Assembly (NCBI GenBank): GCA_047030855.1
Contig: JBKYIJ010000008.1
Coordinates: 1,464,489-1,528,488, forward strand
From: Dysgonomonas sp.
Lineage (GTDB): Bacteria; Bacteroidota; Bacteroidia; Bacteroidales; Dysgonomonadaceae
DNA: 64,000 nt
Direction: 5' to 3'
Positions 1 through 8,943 of this stretch are shown here, in pieces. The notes below the pieces were generated by a model. The model did not search any database. It saw nothing but the letters and a program-made list of their open reading frames with translations, and had not been told where the DNA came from. The translations under genes and the position numbers were made by a program. The first letter of the stretch is position 1. The number at the start of each line of letters is the position of its first letter.

Positions 1-1040
1 CGGTTTTTAGGATCGTTGACATATTCGCTAAGCATATCGATTAAACTCAACTGAATGTCCATCTCGATAGACTTGTCTTTTAAGGTACTCATCTTATTCA
101 GAAATAAGCCCGTTTCAGTCCCTATATTTATAACATTGTTCAGCTTTTTGTATTGTTCTATATTAGATTCAATAGAAGCGAGGTCCTTAGAGATTATTTT
201 TATTTGTTCGTCAATAAAAAGGACAGTGTTTTTGGCAGCTTTATTTTTTTCATCTAAAGCATCCGTGTTATAAAGGAATATTAATTTATTCAGAATGTCT
301 TTTCCTCTGTTTATATTCACTTCCTCTACACTCAATGAAATTACATTTGATTTCTTGCTGACGGTTCCGACCGATATGTTTTTCATGAAAAATTCTGCAG
401 CATAATCATATCCAAGTATCCAAGATTCTATTTCGAATTTCTTTTTACTCGCTAATTCCGATTCATTATGAAAGTTTACGGTAATATTCCCCAGTTCAGT
501 ATTAATAATAGCAGGGAGTTTGTCTAAAGAATGCTTCTTTAATTTGTGTTTCCCATATTTTATTTCTATTTCTGTAGCCTTGTCTTTTTTGATTTTAAAT
601 GACAGAGGGTTAGATAAGGTATCTTGAAATTCTTCAGGGAAAGTAAATGTAATAGGAGAATCATTGTACAAAGATTTATCCGCCGGGAATTTTTTTAAAG
701 TATAAGTAACATTCAGTCCGAGTTCTTTTATCATTTTTCTCATCAAGCTATGGGATGATATTATGTTAACTTCATCTTCGATGTTTTCAGAAGCACTTAA
801 GCCTCCAATTCCCAGACTTTTCATTGCCATAGACCCCATAGATGAACTTTTGGAATCTTCTGTCTTTATCAAAATGTTAGCTATGTTGTGATAAACAGCT
901 TGTTGTGTCTTTAAATAAAAGAACGTAGCTGCACCAAATATTATGACTGATGCAATAAACCATTTCCAATATTTGAGAAAATGAAAAAATGTTTCAGAAA
1001 GATCAATGAATTCTTTAGATTCCTTTGTTTCTTGGCTCAT
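1..1040 (-). CDS. wzc: Wzc/GumC-family polysaccharide co-polymerase, N-terminal part (runs off window start)
   Basis: Not in the ORF track. Manual translation from ATG at 1040 gives MSQETKESKEFIDLSETFFHFLKYWKWFIASVIIFGAATFFYLK...NIEDEVNIISSHSLMRKMIKELGLNV, and the same frame reads DIQLSLIDMLSEYVNDPKN at the window edge. Lies directly downstream of wza. Confidence 0.88.
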   Translation of the reverse strand, partial: MSQETKESKEFIDLSETFFHFLKYWKWFIASVIIFGAATFFYLKTQQAVYHNIANILIKTEDSKSSSMGSMAMKSLGIGGLSASENIEDEVNIISSHSLMRKMIKELGLNVTYTLKKFPADKSLYNDSPITFTFPEEFQDTLSNPLSFKIKKDKATEIEIKYGKHKLKKHSLDKLPAIINTELGNITVNFHNESELASKKKFEIESWILGYDYAAEFFMKNISVGTVSKKSNVISLSVEEVNINRGKDILNKLIFLYNTDALDEKNKAAKNTVLFIDEQIKIISKDLASIESNIEQYKKLNNVINIGTETGLFLNKMSTLKDKSIEMDIQLSLIDMLSEYVNDPKN

Positions 1041-1062
1041 AAATGTTTATGTATGTGAGATA

Positions 1063-1878
1063 TTATCGGACAACTATGGCTATAACGCTGATTATCCAGC
1101 CGATAGTGGATGATATTATACTTAGGTTAAACTGTTTTTGCAAACCGGAGTTTGCATCTCTTTGTTTCTCTTTATTCGGAGTTACGTAAACGATGTCGTT
1201 TTGCTGTAAATAAAAATTGGGAGAAGAGAACATATCTGTTTTTGTCAGGTCTACTTTAAAATATTCTTTTTTCCCGTCATCTTCGCGGATGACCAGTACG
1301 TTCGATCGCCTGCCGTGTGTAGTCAGGTCTTGAGCCGACGCGATAGCATCCAATATAGATACTCTTTGAGTGCTGAAATAGTACGATCCTGGCATATTTA
1401 CTTCCCCGAGAACAGATACTTTAAAATTCACTATTCTGATATTCACGATAGGATCCTTTATATATTCTTTCAGCCTGTTTTCAAAATAGGTGACAGCTTC
1501 GTCTTTAGTCATTCCGGCAATATGTATTTTACCGAGTACAGGAAAATTTATATCCCCGTTTGTGTCAACCAAATAGTTGGATGGTCTCCCTGTTGAATTC
1601 ACGCTTTCGCCGGGCATTTTCAACCCAAGGGAAGATGTTGACTGTTGTAGAGGTGAATTGAATGGCGTTGCAGCCAGCGGATCTATAGATGTGACAGTTA
1701 TGGATAGTTCATCGTCAGGACGAATTTGCATTGAATGAAATAGCTTGTCTTCGTTTAGGATGCCTGCCGTACTATCGTCCAAGTCCTGAAAATAAGATAT
1801 TTCTTTATAAGTAGAGCATGAAGCTATAATGATAGATATAAATGCGATTAGAAAACTGATAGGTAAATATCTTTTCAT
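1063..1878 (-). CDS. wza: Polysaccharide export outer-membrane lipoprotein (Wza/Poly_export + SLBB)
   Basis: Lipobox IIASC, SYFQD, YLVDTNGDINFPVLGKI, VSVLGEVNMPG and YLQQNDIVYV motifs. Confidence 0.92.
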   Translation of the reverse strand: MKRYLPISFLIAFISIIIASCSTYKEISYFQDLDDSTAGILNEDKLFHSMQIRPDDELSITVTSIDPLAATPFNSPLQQSTSSLGLKMPGESVNSTGRPSNYLVDTNGDINFPVLGKIHIAGMTKDEAVTYFENRLKEYIKDPIVNIRIVNFKVSVLGEVNMPGSYYFSTQRVSILDAIASAQDLTTHGRRSNVLVIREDDGKKEYFKVDLTKTDMFSSPNFYLQQNDIVYVTPNKEKQRDANSGLQKQFNLSIISSTIGWIISVIAIVVR

Positions 1879-1974
1879 TAAATATTAATAATTAATATAT
1901 GATTATACAATGTTGCTAAATACAATCTGATAACGCAATTCGTTAGATTTTATTGCGTTTTTTCAAAAATACTG

Positions 1975-1982
1975 CAAATATA
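1975..1982 (-). promoter_or_regulatory. Bacteroidota -7 promoter element (TATATTTG) upstream of wza
   Basis: CAAATATA on + strand, about 100 nt upstream of the wza ATG; matches TAnnTTTG. Confidence 0.55.
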
Positions 1983-2069
1983 GCAGCTTATTTTCAGTTA
2001 TCAACACCCTGTTAATAAAAACCGCTATTAATATTCCTTAATTGAAAAGGTTTGATATATATTTGTACG

Positions 2070-3029
2070 GTGGAAGAATTGATATCTCATATTGAATTTT
2101 TATTGCTGAAACATGATTGTGTTTTAGTGCCCCGGCTTGGCGGTTTTATCTTGAATAGAGAACCTGCGGTTTTCGACGGAAAGAATATCCTTCCGCCGAG
2201 TATAAGAATAGGGTTTAATGCTGATTTGAAGTTTCAGGACGGTTTGCTTGCCGAATCTTTTATGAAATACAATTCAATTCCATACGATAAAGCTTGTGAA
2301 AAAATAGATGAGATTGTAAAGCACATTAAAACTGATTTGCAAAAAAAACAAACGCTTTCTTTCGGAAATCTCGGAACGTTTATTCTGAAAGATGATATTT
2401 TGTCTTTTGAATCGGGAACATTCTTACATCCTTCCGTTTTTGGTTATTCTTCATTACCTATTGTGCCGCTGAAATCTGCGCCGATTTCTTTTATGGCGGA
2501 CAGGAAGAGAAAAAAACAAGGGCTGAAATACACGATCGCAGGCGTAGTATCGGCAGCAGCGATCGCGGCATGTTTGGTTTTTGCCCCGTCAATAAAAGAC
2601 GGATTGTTCCGCAACTCGCATCTTTCAGGCTTTTTGTTTAACGACAAGGCTGTTTATGGGTTGTCTTTAGAGAAAAATACCCCGACCATTCCTTCAAGCA
2701 GCGATGTTTTTAAGGAAATAGCCGCTAATTATATTCCTAAAGAAGAACCTCAGGTATCTCAGGCAATAGTAGAAAACGCTAAACCCGGCAATACAAAAAA
2801 ATACTATATTATAGTAGCCGGCGATACGAATGAACAAAGAGTCCAACGGTTACTTTCACAATTCAGACAAGGCGGTTTTTCGAATGCCGAAGTTGTAATG
2901 TCAAGCGACAGAATGAGAATTTCGGTAGCTTCGTTCGAAAACAAACAACAGGCAGAGTCTTACCTGTTGCAGTTCAGGAAAAACAACCCGAAGCACAATG
3001 ATGCTTGGTTGTACACCAAAAGATCGTAA
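2070..3029 (+). CDS. SPOR-domain protein with N-terminal HU/CCDC81-like domains and one TM segment
   Basis: N-terminal LLLKHDCVLVPRLGGF...FNADLKFQDGLLA, a central hydrophobic helix, and a C-terminal SPOR-like YYIIVA...RISVASF...AWL. GTG at 2070 preferred because TATATTTG (2058-2065) lies inside the track's 5' extension. Confidence 0.8.
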   Translation: MEELISHIEFLLLKHDCVLVPRLGGFILNREPAVFDGKNILPPSIRIGFNADLKFQDGLLAESFMKYNSIPYDKACEKIDEIVKHIKTDLQKKQTLSFGNLGTFILKDDILSFESGTFLHPSVFGYSSLPIVPLKSAPISFMADRKRKKQGLKYTIAGVVSAAAIAACLVFAPSIKDGLFRNSHLSGFLFNDKAVYGLSLEKNTPTIPSSSDVFKEIAANYIPKEEPQVSQAIVENAKPGNTKKYYIIVAGDTNEQRVQRLLSQFRQGGFSNAEVVMSSDRMRISVASFENKQQAESYLLQFRKNNPKHNDAWLYTKRS

Positions 3030-3040
3030 CAGTTTCCTGC

Positions 3041-3748
3041 CTATTTCAGCAGGAAGTTAAAATCATCGGTTTCTTTCAGTTCTTTCGGAACCTCTCCGAA
3101 TTTAAAAATACGTGCGCTTTTCTTTCCGATAAGATTTATCTTTCCGTTATCAACTAAAAGCATTGTTCCCTCTCTCAATCCAACCACAGTCATATCTTTG
3201 TTCTCGGTAATAAATTCGTTTATTCTGTCTTCACGCGTTTCCCCTCCGTGATTTGTAGGATGATCGTCGAGATAGTGAGGGTTGATCTGGAACGGAATCA
3301 GTCCGATCGTGTCGAACCCTTTCGGATCTATAATCGGCATGTCGTTGGTTGTCCGCAAGGTAGGGCATGCGACGTTAGATCCCGCGCTCCAGCCTATATA
3401 AGGAGTTTCCGACAAAACCTTTTTCCTGATTACCTCTGTCAAACCGTTGTCATGCAACATTCTCACCAGTTTCCATGTGTTTCCGCCTCCTACAACGATA
3501 GCTTCCGCATTCTCAACAGCAGCTTTCGGATCGCTGAAATGATGGATACTCTTTACCTGATGCCCGATTTCGTTAAACCTGTCGTTTACCTTTTTCTCGT
3601 ATTCGTCGTACGAAAACGTAATGGCTGCGTATGGTATAAATATTGCATTCACAGCCTTTTCGCCAAGAAATGATTTGATATTATTTTTAGGATAATCTAA
3701 ATAAGCTTCGCCGGGATTTGTGGAATTACTAATAAGGAGTGCTTTCAT
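3041..3748 (-). CDS. pepE: Dipeptidase E (peptidase S51)
   Basis: GGGNT, YIGWSAGSN (nucleophile), TTNDMPI, QINPHY and GETRE motifs. Confidence 0.95.
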   Translation of the reverse strand: MKALLISNSTNPGEAYLDYPKNNIKSFLGEKAVNAIFIPYAAITFSYDEYEKKVNDRFNEIGHQVKSIHHFSDPKAAVENAEAIVVGGGNTWKLVRMLHDNGLTEVIRKKVLSETPYIGWSAGSNVACPTLRTTNDMPIIDPKGFDTIGLIPFQINPHYLDDHPTNHGGETREDRINEFITENKDMTVVGLREGTMLLVDNGKINLIGKKSARIFKFGEVPKELKETDDFNFLLK

Positions 3749-3771
3749 GAGATTTTAATTTTACGTTTATA

Positions 3772-3826
3772 CAAATATATAAAAAACGATTTTTTTAATC
3801 ATAATAATGAAAAAAAACTATCTTTG
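3772..3826. promoter_or_regulatory. Divergent pair of -7 promoter elements (pepE on -, DUF3332 gene on +)
   Basis: CAAATATA at 3772-3779 and TATCTTTG at 3819-3826, both matching TAnnTTTG. Confidence 0.55.
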
Positions 3827-3859
3827 TTCACAGAATACTTTAACAAAACTCCAATCATT

Positions 3860-4402
3860 ATGAAAAAGAAATTTTTAGTTATTGCAACAGTTGCACTTAG
3901 CGGAAGCATTTTGTTACCTTCCTGCATAGGTTCATTCGCCTTGTCCAACAAATTTCTGGCATGGAACAAAACAATCGACAGTAAGTTTGTGAACGAAATC
4001 CTGTTTGTGATTTTCACCCCAGCTTATGCTATTACGATGCTGGCGGACGTATTGGTTCTTAACTCGGTCGAATTCTGGTCAGGAACTAACCCCGTTGAAG
4101 CAGGCATCATCAAAACCGTTCAGGGCGAAAACGGCGTTTACACAGTAGAAACGCTCGAAAACGGTTATAATATAAAGAACGAGAATGGCGAAGAAATGGA
4201 ATTGATCTACAACAAAGAAGATAATTCATGGAGTATGGTTCAGAACGATGAAGCTACTAAGTTGTTCAAATATACAGACGATAATTCTTCTGCCATTGTT
4301 TATTTGCCTAACGGTGCTGAACAAAAAGTTGAATTGTCGGCAGACGGCGTTTTGGCGCTTCGTCAGGCTGTAAACGGCTCGCTTTACTACGCAATGAAAT
4401 AA
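3860..4402 (+). CDS. DUF3332-family lipoprotein
   Basis: LPSCIGSFALSNK...NSVEFWSGTNP is characteristic. ATG 3860 chosen because it lies downstream of the promoter element. Confidence 0.8.
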   Translation: MKKKFLVIATVALSGSILLPSCIGSFALSNKFLAWNKTIDSKFVNEILFVIFTPAYAITMLADVLVLNSVEFWSGTNPVEAGIIKTVQGENGVYTVETLENGYNIKNENGEEMELIYNKEDNSWSMVQNDEATKLFKYTDDNSSAIVYLPNGAEQKVELSADGVLALRQAVNGSLYYAMK

Positions 4403-4425
4403 TTTTGTTGAGAAAAAACAGATAA

Positions 4426-4457
4426 AAAAAGGAGGATCGATCAAGATTCTCCTTTTT
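4426..4457. terminator. Bidirectional intrinsic terminator
   Basis: AAAAAGGAGGATC-gatcaa-GATTCTCCTTTTT between convergent genes. Confidence 0.7.
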
Positions 4458-4461
4458 GTTT

Positions 4462-4779
4462 TTAGTTGCCCTTGCTTGTGTGTACCGTTGCCGTATAGCC
4501 TAATTTTTCGATTGCTTTCTTCAGTTTGGCGGTATCGGTTTTATTTTCCTGATATTCTATCGTCACCGTTTTTGCGGGAAGATCGACAACCATGTCCGTC
4601 ACCCCTTTTTCGAAAGCGATATTCTTTTCGATGCGTTTCTTGCAATTGTCACAAGTCATCGAAACGTCGTAAACGACGATTTGTTTGTTGTTTTTCTTTT
4701 GTGCCGACAGAGAAAAACTGATTGAAGCAAATAGGATTGCTGTCAGAAATAAAATTTTTGTTTTCATAATTATATTCAT
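4462..4779 (-). CDS. Exported heavy-metal-associated (HMA) domain protein
   Basis: Signal peptide, MTCDNC (MxCxxC) and AIEKLGY motifs. Confidence 0.9.
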   Translation of the reverse strand: MNIIMKTKILFLTAILFASISFSLSAQKKNNKQIVVYDVSMTCDNCKKRIEKNIAFEKGVTDMVVDLPAKTVTIEYQENKTDTAKLKKAIEKLGYTATVHTSKGN

Positions 4780-4786
4780 TTTTTAG

Positions 4787-6988
4787 TTACTTCATTATAT
4801 TGAAGCGGATACCCGCATAAAATTTTCTTCCCATTGTCGGACCCCAGACCATAGTCGCGTCAAAATTGTTGCCGAAAGGATTCTCCGCATCTATTACGGA
4901 ATTCTTCTGTTTGAAGTCGGTTAAGTTTTCCGCGCCCAGATAAATGCTCCAGTTTCTGAAAAATTTTGTAATCTGTGCATTCAGAATCGTATATGATCCG
5001 AAGTTTTTTCCCCACATCGGGTCTGTAGCATCGGGCGTCGGCATTCTGCCTCCTCCGTTGAATTGGGCGGTGAAGTCGAATTGCCATTTTCTCAGAGGTG
5101 TTTCGTATGATGCTGTGGCTAAAGCCTTGTAGCGGCTTGTCAGAGGTTTTCTCATCACTTTGCCGTCATAGTTGGTTCGCGCATTGATCCAGCGATAAGC
5201 GCCCAAGAGAGTGAACCCTCTGAATACGGGATAAGAAACTTCTACCTGAAAATTATTGGCGTAAGAGCTTCCCTTCAGGTTGTAGAAGGACACCGCGTGC
5301 GGATCAGAATCCATATCAATAACTACTTGGTTTGAGAAATCGGTGTAAAACCATTCTCCTGTGATCGACAACTCTTCCTTTCCTGCCGGCACATAGAACG
5401 TAGCGCTGACGCCGTAGTTCCAAGCGCTTTCTTGTTTCAGGTCGGAAGCAATACTGATTTTCCTGCTGCTTGCGAGAAGATAGCTGTTTTCGGGCATTAC
5501 AAACACTGTTCTGTATCCTTTTCCTGCCGAAGCGCGCAAGTGAAACCAATCCGTCACGTTATATTTTGCGTGCAGGCGTGGCGTAACAAACCATTCGTGC
5601 AGCGAACTGTAATCCCCTCTCAACCCTGCCAGTACCGTAAGTTTATCCCCTAAGCTGAATGTGTATTCGGCATAGGCTCCTGATGTAGATTCTTTATCGG
5701 GCTGATCCGCCGCCGTTAGTTGTGCAATTTCCTGCTTCTGGCTGTACTTGTCCCAGTTGAAACTCAGTCCCGTGCTGATTTTGTGCATTACTCCGAAATT
5801 CCGTTCATACATCAGCGATCCGTACAGATTTGTCTGGTACACGTTATATTTGTTGGTTGCGTAATTCGACTTCTGATCGTTGTAAGTTCCCGAAAGTATG
5901 AGGGCGATGCTTTCGTTGTGATCGGGATTTAAGATAAATCCGTTCTTCGTGAAAACTTCCCCGCGATTTGTCTTTATGTTTATTTCGTAAGGCGTTTTTG
6001 AAGCATCGCCCAATGAATGCCTTGTCTGTCCGCTTGTCCTTTCGTCGTTGAGGATTTTGAAGCCCGATTGAGAAATAAATCTTTCGGTTTGATAGTGCCA
6101 CCTGTTCATGGCGTTGAACTGATGTTTTTTAGGAGAATCCAGAAAAGTATCATGGTTGTCGTCATGACTTTTCTCCTCGTTCGAATAATGGAGGAAGAGC
6201 CCTGTCGACAGTTTGTCGTTGATTTCTATTGCTCCGTCGGCATTCGCTTCATATCTGCCTGCATCGCTTGCGAAAAAATTAAGCGTCAGCGGATCGGCTG
6301 TTTTCGGCTTTTTGTATTCTACATTGATCTGTCCTGTGAGCGACTCATAACCGTTTTTTACCGATGCCGCGCCTTTCGATATCTGGATGCTTTCCATCCA
6401 CGGACCGGGAATGTAGTCCATTCCGTAAAGGGCGGAACTTCCTCTCATATTCGGATAGTTCTCCGTCAGCATTTGTACGTAAGTCCCCGACAATCCCAGA
6501 AGTTGTATCTGCTTTGCACCGGTTACCGCGTCACTGTAAGACACGTCGACGGAAGGGTTTGTCTCGAAACTTTCCGACAGGTTGCAGCAGGCTGCGCGTG
6601 TCAGTTCTTTCGCTGTAACGGTTTCGGTTTGTAACGTATTGATCCTGTTCTTTACTCTTCCCGGAGTCGCTTTTGTGACGACGATTTCGTCAAGCGTGTT
6701 GTTTTCTTTCAGAGTAATATTCTGGATGTCGTTTGCGCTGTGTATATGGACAACCTGATGTTCGTATCCGATATAGTCGATGCAAAGCATGTGCTGATCG
6801 GTGTTTTTGTCTATTTCGAAATGCCCGTCAGTGTCCGTTACAACTCCTTGTTTGGTGTTTTGCCAATATACATTGGCTCCGATGACCGGATTTTTGGCTT
6901 CGTCGTACACATAACCTTTCAGCTTTTGCGCGGACAATGCAAATGTTGTGAATATTGATAGTATGGTGAATATTATTATTCGGTTCAT
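4787..6988 (-). CDS. TonB-dependent receptor with CC motif in plug (putative metal transporter)
   Basis: Signal peptide, N-terminal carboxypeptidase-regulatory-like domain, LDEIVV TonB-box-like segment, AACCNLSESFETNPSVDV in the plug, C-terminal GRKFYAGIRFN. Confidence 0.9.
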   Translation of the reverse strand: MNRIIIFTILSIFTTFALSAQKLKGYVYDEAKNPVIGANVYWQNTKQGVVTDTDGHFEIDKNTDQHMLCIDYIGYEHQVVHIHSANDIQNITLKENNTLDEIVVTKATPGRVKNRINTLQTETVTAKELTRAACCNLSESFETNPSVDVSYSDAVTGAKQIQLLGLSGTYVQMLTENYPNMRGSSALYGMDYIPGPWMESIQISKGAASVKNGYESLTGQINVEYKKPKTADPLTLNFFASDAGRYEANADGAIEINDKLSTGLFLHYSNEEKSHDDNHDTFLDSPKKHQFNAMNRWHYQTERFISQSGFKILNDERTSGQTRHSLGDASKTPYEINIKTNRGEVFTKNGFILNPDHNESIALILSGTYNDQKSNYATNKYNVYQTNLYGSLMYERNFGVMHKISTGLSFNWDKYSQKQEIAQLTAADQPDKESTSGAYAEYTFSLGDKLTVLAGLRGDYSSLHEWFVTPRLHAKYNVTDWFHLRASAGKGYRTVFVMPENSYLLASSRKISIASDLKQESAWNYGVSATFYVPAGKEELSITGEWFYTDFSNQVVIDMDSDPHAVSFYNLKGSSYANNFQVEVSYPVFRGFTLLGAYRWINARTNYDGKVMRKPLTSRYKALATASYETPLRKWQFDFTAQFNGGGRMPTPDATDPMWGKNFGSYTILNAQITKFFRNWSIYLGAENLTDFKQKNSVIDAENPFGNNFDATMVWGPTMGRKFYAGIRFNIMK

Positions 6989-7025
6989 AATGTTGAATTT
7001 TTGATTTACTTGACGTGAAAAACAA

Positions 7026-7066
7026 TGCTTACAATCTCGCTTGTTAAGACTGTAAACGGATAAGCA
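7026..7066 (-). terminator. Hairpin followed by U-rich tract between the Cys-rich ORF and the TBDR (possible attenuator)
   Basis: On - strand TTACAGTCT-9nt-AGATTGTAA (+ coordinates 7029-7055), with outer TGCTT/AAGCA pairing, followed by TTGTTTTT. Confidence 0.4.
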
Positions 7067-7075
7067 AATAAATTT

Positions 7076-7546
7076 TCAAATTATGAATATCTGGATAATT
7101 GCCCGATAATCTTTCGGCTGGCGTATTTTGGGAGGATCTTTTGTCGATACCGTAAAATCGACGGGTTTTGTTTCGTTGGCGAACCAGTCATATCCTGCCG
7201 ATAACGGAGCAGCTACCCAAGTCTGGGCAGGGAAAGATACTTTGTGATAGAAAAAATCCAAGTCCACCGAATGGCGTTCTATTTTGCAGCAATCCGGCTT
7301 CCTTTCTTGTTTATGATCGCCAAGATGTCCGCACATTCCTTTTTTAGCGTCGGAGTGCCGGCTTTTTCCGCAGCAATCAGTATTTGCATCGTGCGTATCC
7401 GCCGAATCGCCTGAGAAATGTTCGCCGTAAATGAACTGATTTACGCAGTTGTCGCAACAAAAATTGGCAACAGTCGCCCCCATCCCTGTCAGGCAAATGA
7501 CGAAGGATAAAGTAATTATTGCTATTTTTGCGGTGAGTTGTTTCAT
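7076..7546 (-). CDS. Cys/His-rich protein with N-terminal hydrophobic segment (HYC_CC_PP-like)
   Basis: NFCCDNC, DCCG, MCGHLGDH, DCCK clusters and C-terminal DPP...IQIFII. ATG 7546 chosen because TATATTTG (7556-7563, - strand) overlaps the track's start. Confidence 0.72.
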   Translation of the reverse strand: MKQLTAKIAIITLSFVICLTGMGATVANFCCDNCVNQFIYGEHFSGDSADTHDANTDCCGKSRHSDAKKGMCGHLGDHKQERKPDCCKIERHSVDLDFFYHKVSFPAQTWVAAPLSAGYDWFANETKPVDFTVSTKDPPKIRQPKDYRAIIQIFII

Positions 7547-7641
7547 ATTCAACCGCAAATATAGCGATATCTATTTATAATCATTCCATATTGTTGTAAT
7601 TTTAAATTACGTTTACATATTTGTCCGACTAAAATATACCG

Positions 7642-8942
7642 ATGAACAAGAAAATCCTGCATCTTGCCATTCCCAATATAATATCGAATATTACCGTTCC
7701 GCTTCTCGGAATGGTGGACATGTTTATTGTCGGGCATCTTAGTTCGGAGCTTTTTATCGGGGCGATTGCTTTGTCCGTTATGATCTTTAACCTTATATAC
7801 TGGAGTTTTTCTTTTCTCCGTATGGGGACAAGCGGTTTTACGGCGCAGGCATACGGGGCGAAGAACCGACAGGAGATTGTGAACATACTGCTCCGTTCTT
7901 TGTCGGTTGCTTTCATTGCGGGTATTTTGATAGTTTTGCTGCAACATCTGATCCTTTGGCTGGCTTTCTTCTTCATAGATGCCGATATTCAGGTAAAACA
8001 GTATGTCGCAACGTATTTTCATATTTACATCTGGGCGGCTCCCGCCGTTCTGGGAATGTATGCCATGACGGGTTGGTTTATCGGTATGCAGGATTCCAGA
8101 ACACCGATGTATGTGGCGATTGCCGTCAATATTATAAATATCGGGCTCAGCCTTATTTTTGTTTTTGTGCTGAAAATGGAACTGAGAGGCGTCGCTTTAG
8201 GCTCGGCTTTGGCTCAGTTTTCGGGATTCTTTTTTGTGTTTGTTGATCTGGAATGTGAAGTACAAAAAAACTGAAACCATACCTGCATCTTCGTTTTATG
8301 AAAAGCATCGGGGACTTTCTCCCGTTCTTTAAGGTGAACAGCGATATTTTTCTGCGAACCGTTTGCCTCATTGCGGTTACTACGTTCTTTACGGCTGCTT
8401 CCGCAAAAATGGGAAATACGATTCTTGCCGTAAACAGCCTTATGATGCAGCTTTTTATTCTGTTTTCTTACATGATGGACGGGTTTGCCTATGCCGCCGA
8501 AGCCCTTACGGGGCGATATGTGGGCGAGAAAAAGCCCGATATGCTGCGTATCCTTATTAAAAGGTTGTTTCTATGGGGAGTTGGGCTCGCGGTTTTCTTT
8601 ACGGTCGCCTACTTCTTTTTCTCGGACAATATTTTATCGCTGCTTACCGATAAGCAAAATATTATCGCTGCCGCTCAGAATTATCTGGGTTGGGCGTTGC
8701 TTATTCCGTTGGCAGGATTTTCCGCTTTCCTTTGGGACGGAATTTTTATAGGCATGACCGCATCGGCTCAAATGCGAAACTCTATGTTTGTGGCGATGGT
8801 TTGCTTCTTTTTAGTGTATTTTACTTTACAACCTGTTATGGGAAACAACGCGCTTTGGCTTGCTTTTATCACGTACCTCTCCATGAGAGGGATTATGCAA
8901 ACGCTCATTTTCAGGCATATAAAAAGCAGGGTAGGGCTTTGA
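7642..8942 (+). CDS. MATE efflux transporter (DinF-like), split by homopolymer frameshifts
   Basis: LAIPNIISNITVPLLGMVD and SYMMDGFAYAAEAL. Removing one T from T6 (8230-8235) and one A from A7 (8264-8270) joins the two track ORFs (FFLCLLIWNVKYKKLKPYLHLRFMK). Confidence 0.88.
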
Positions 8943-8943
8943 C

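Noticed and set aside
55..273. 72-aa + strand ORF
   Set aside because: Antisense to wzc, which the track missed because it runs off the window.
7642..8942. MATE gene as a real pseudogene or two half-transporters
   Set aside because: Two single-base homopolymer corrections restore a full-length protein, matching the window-wide error pattern.
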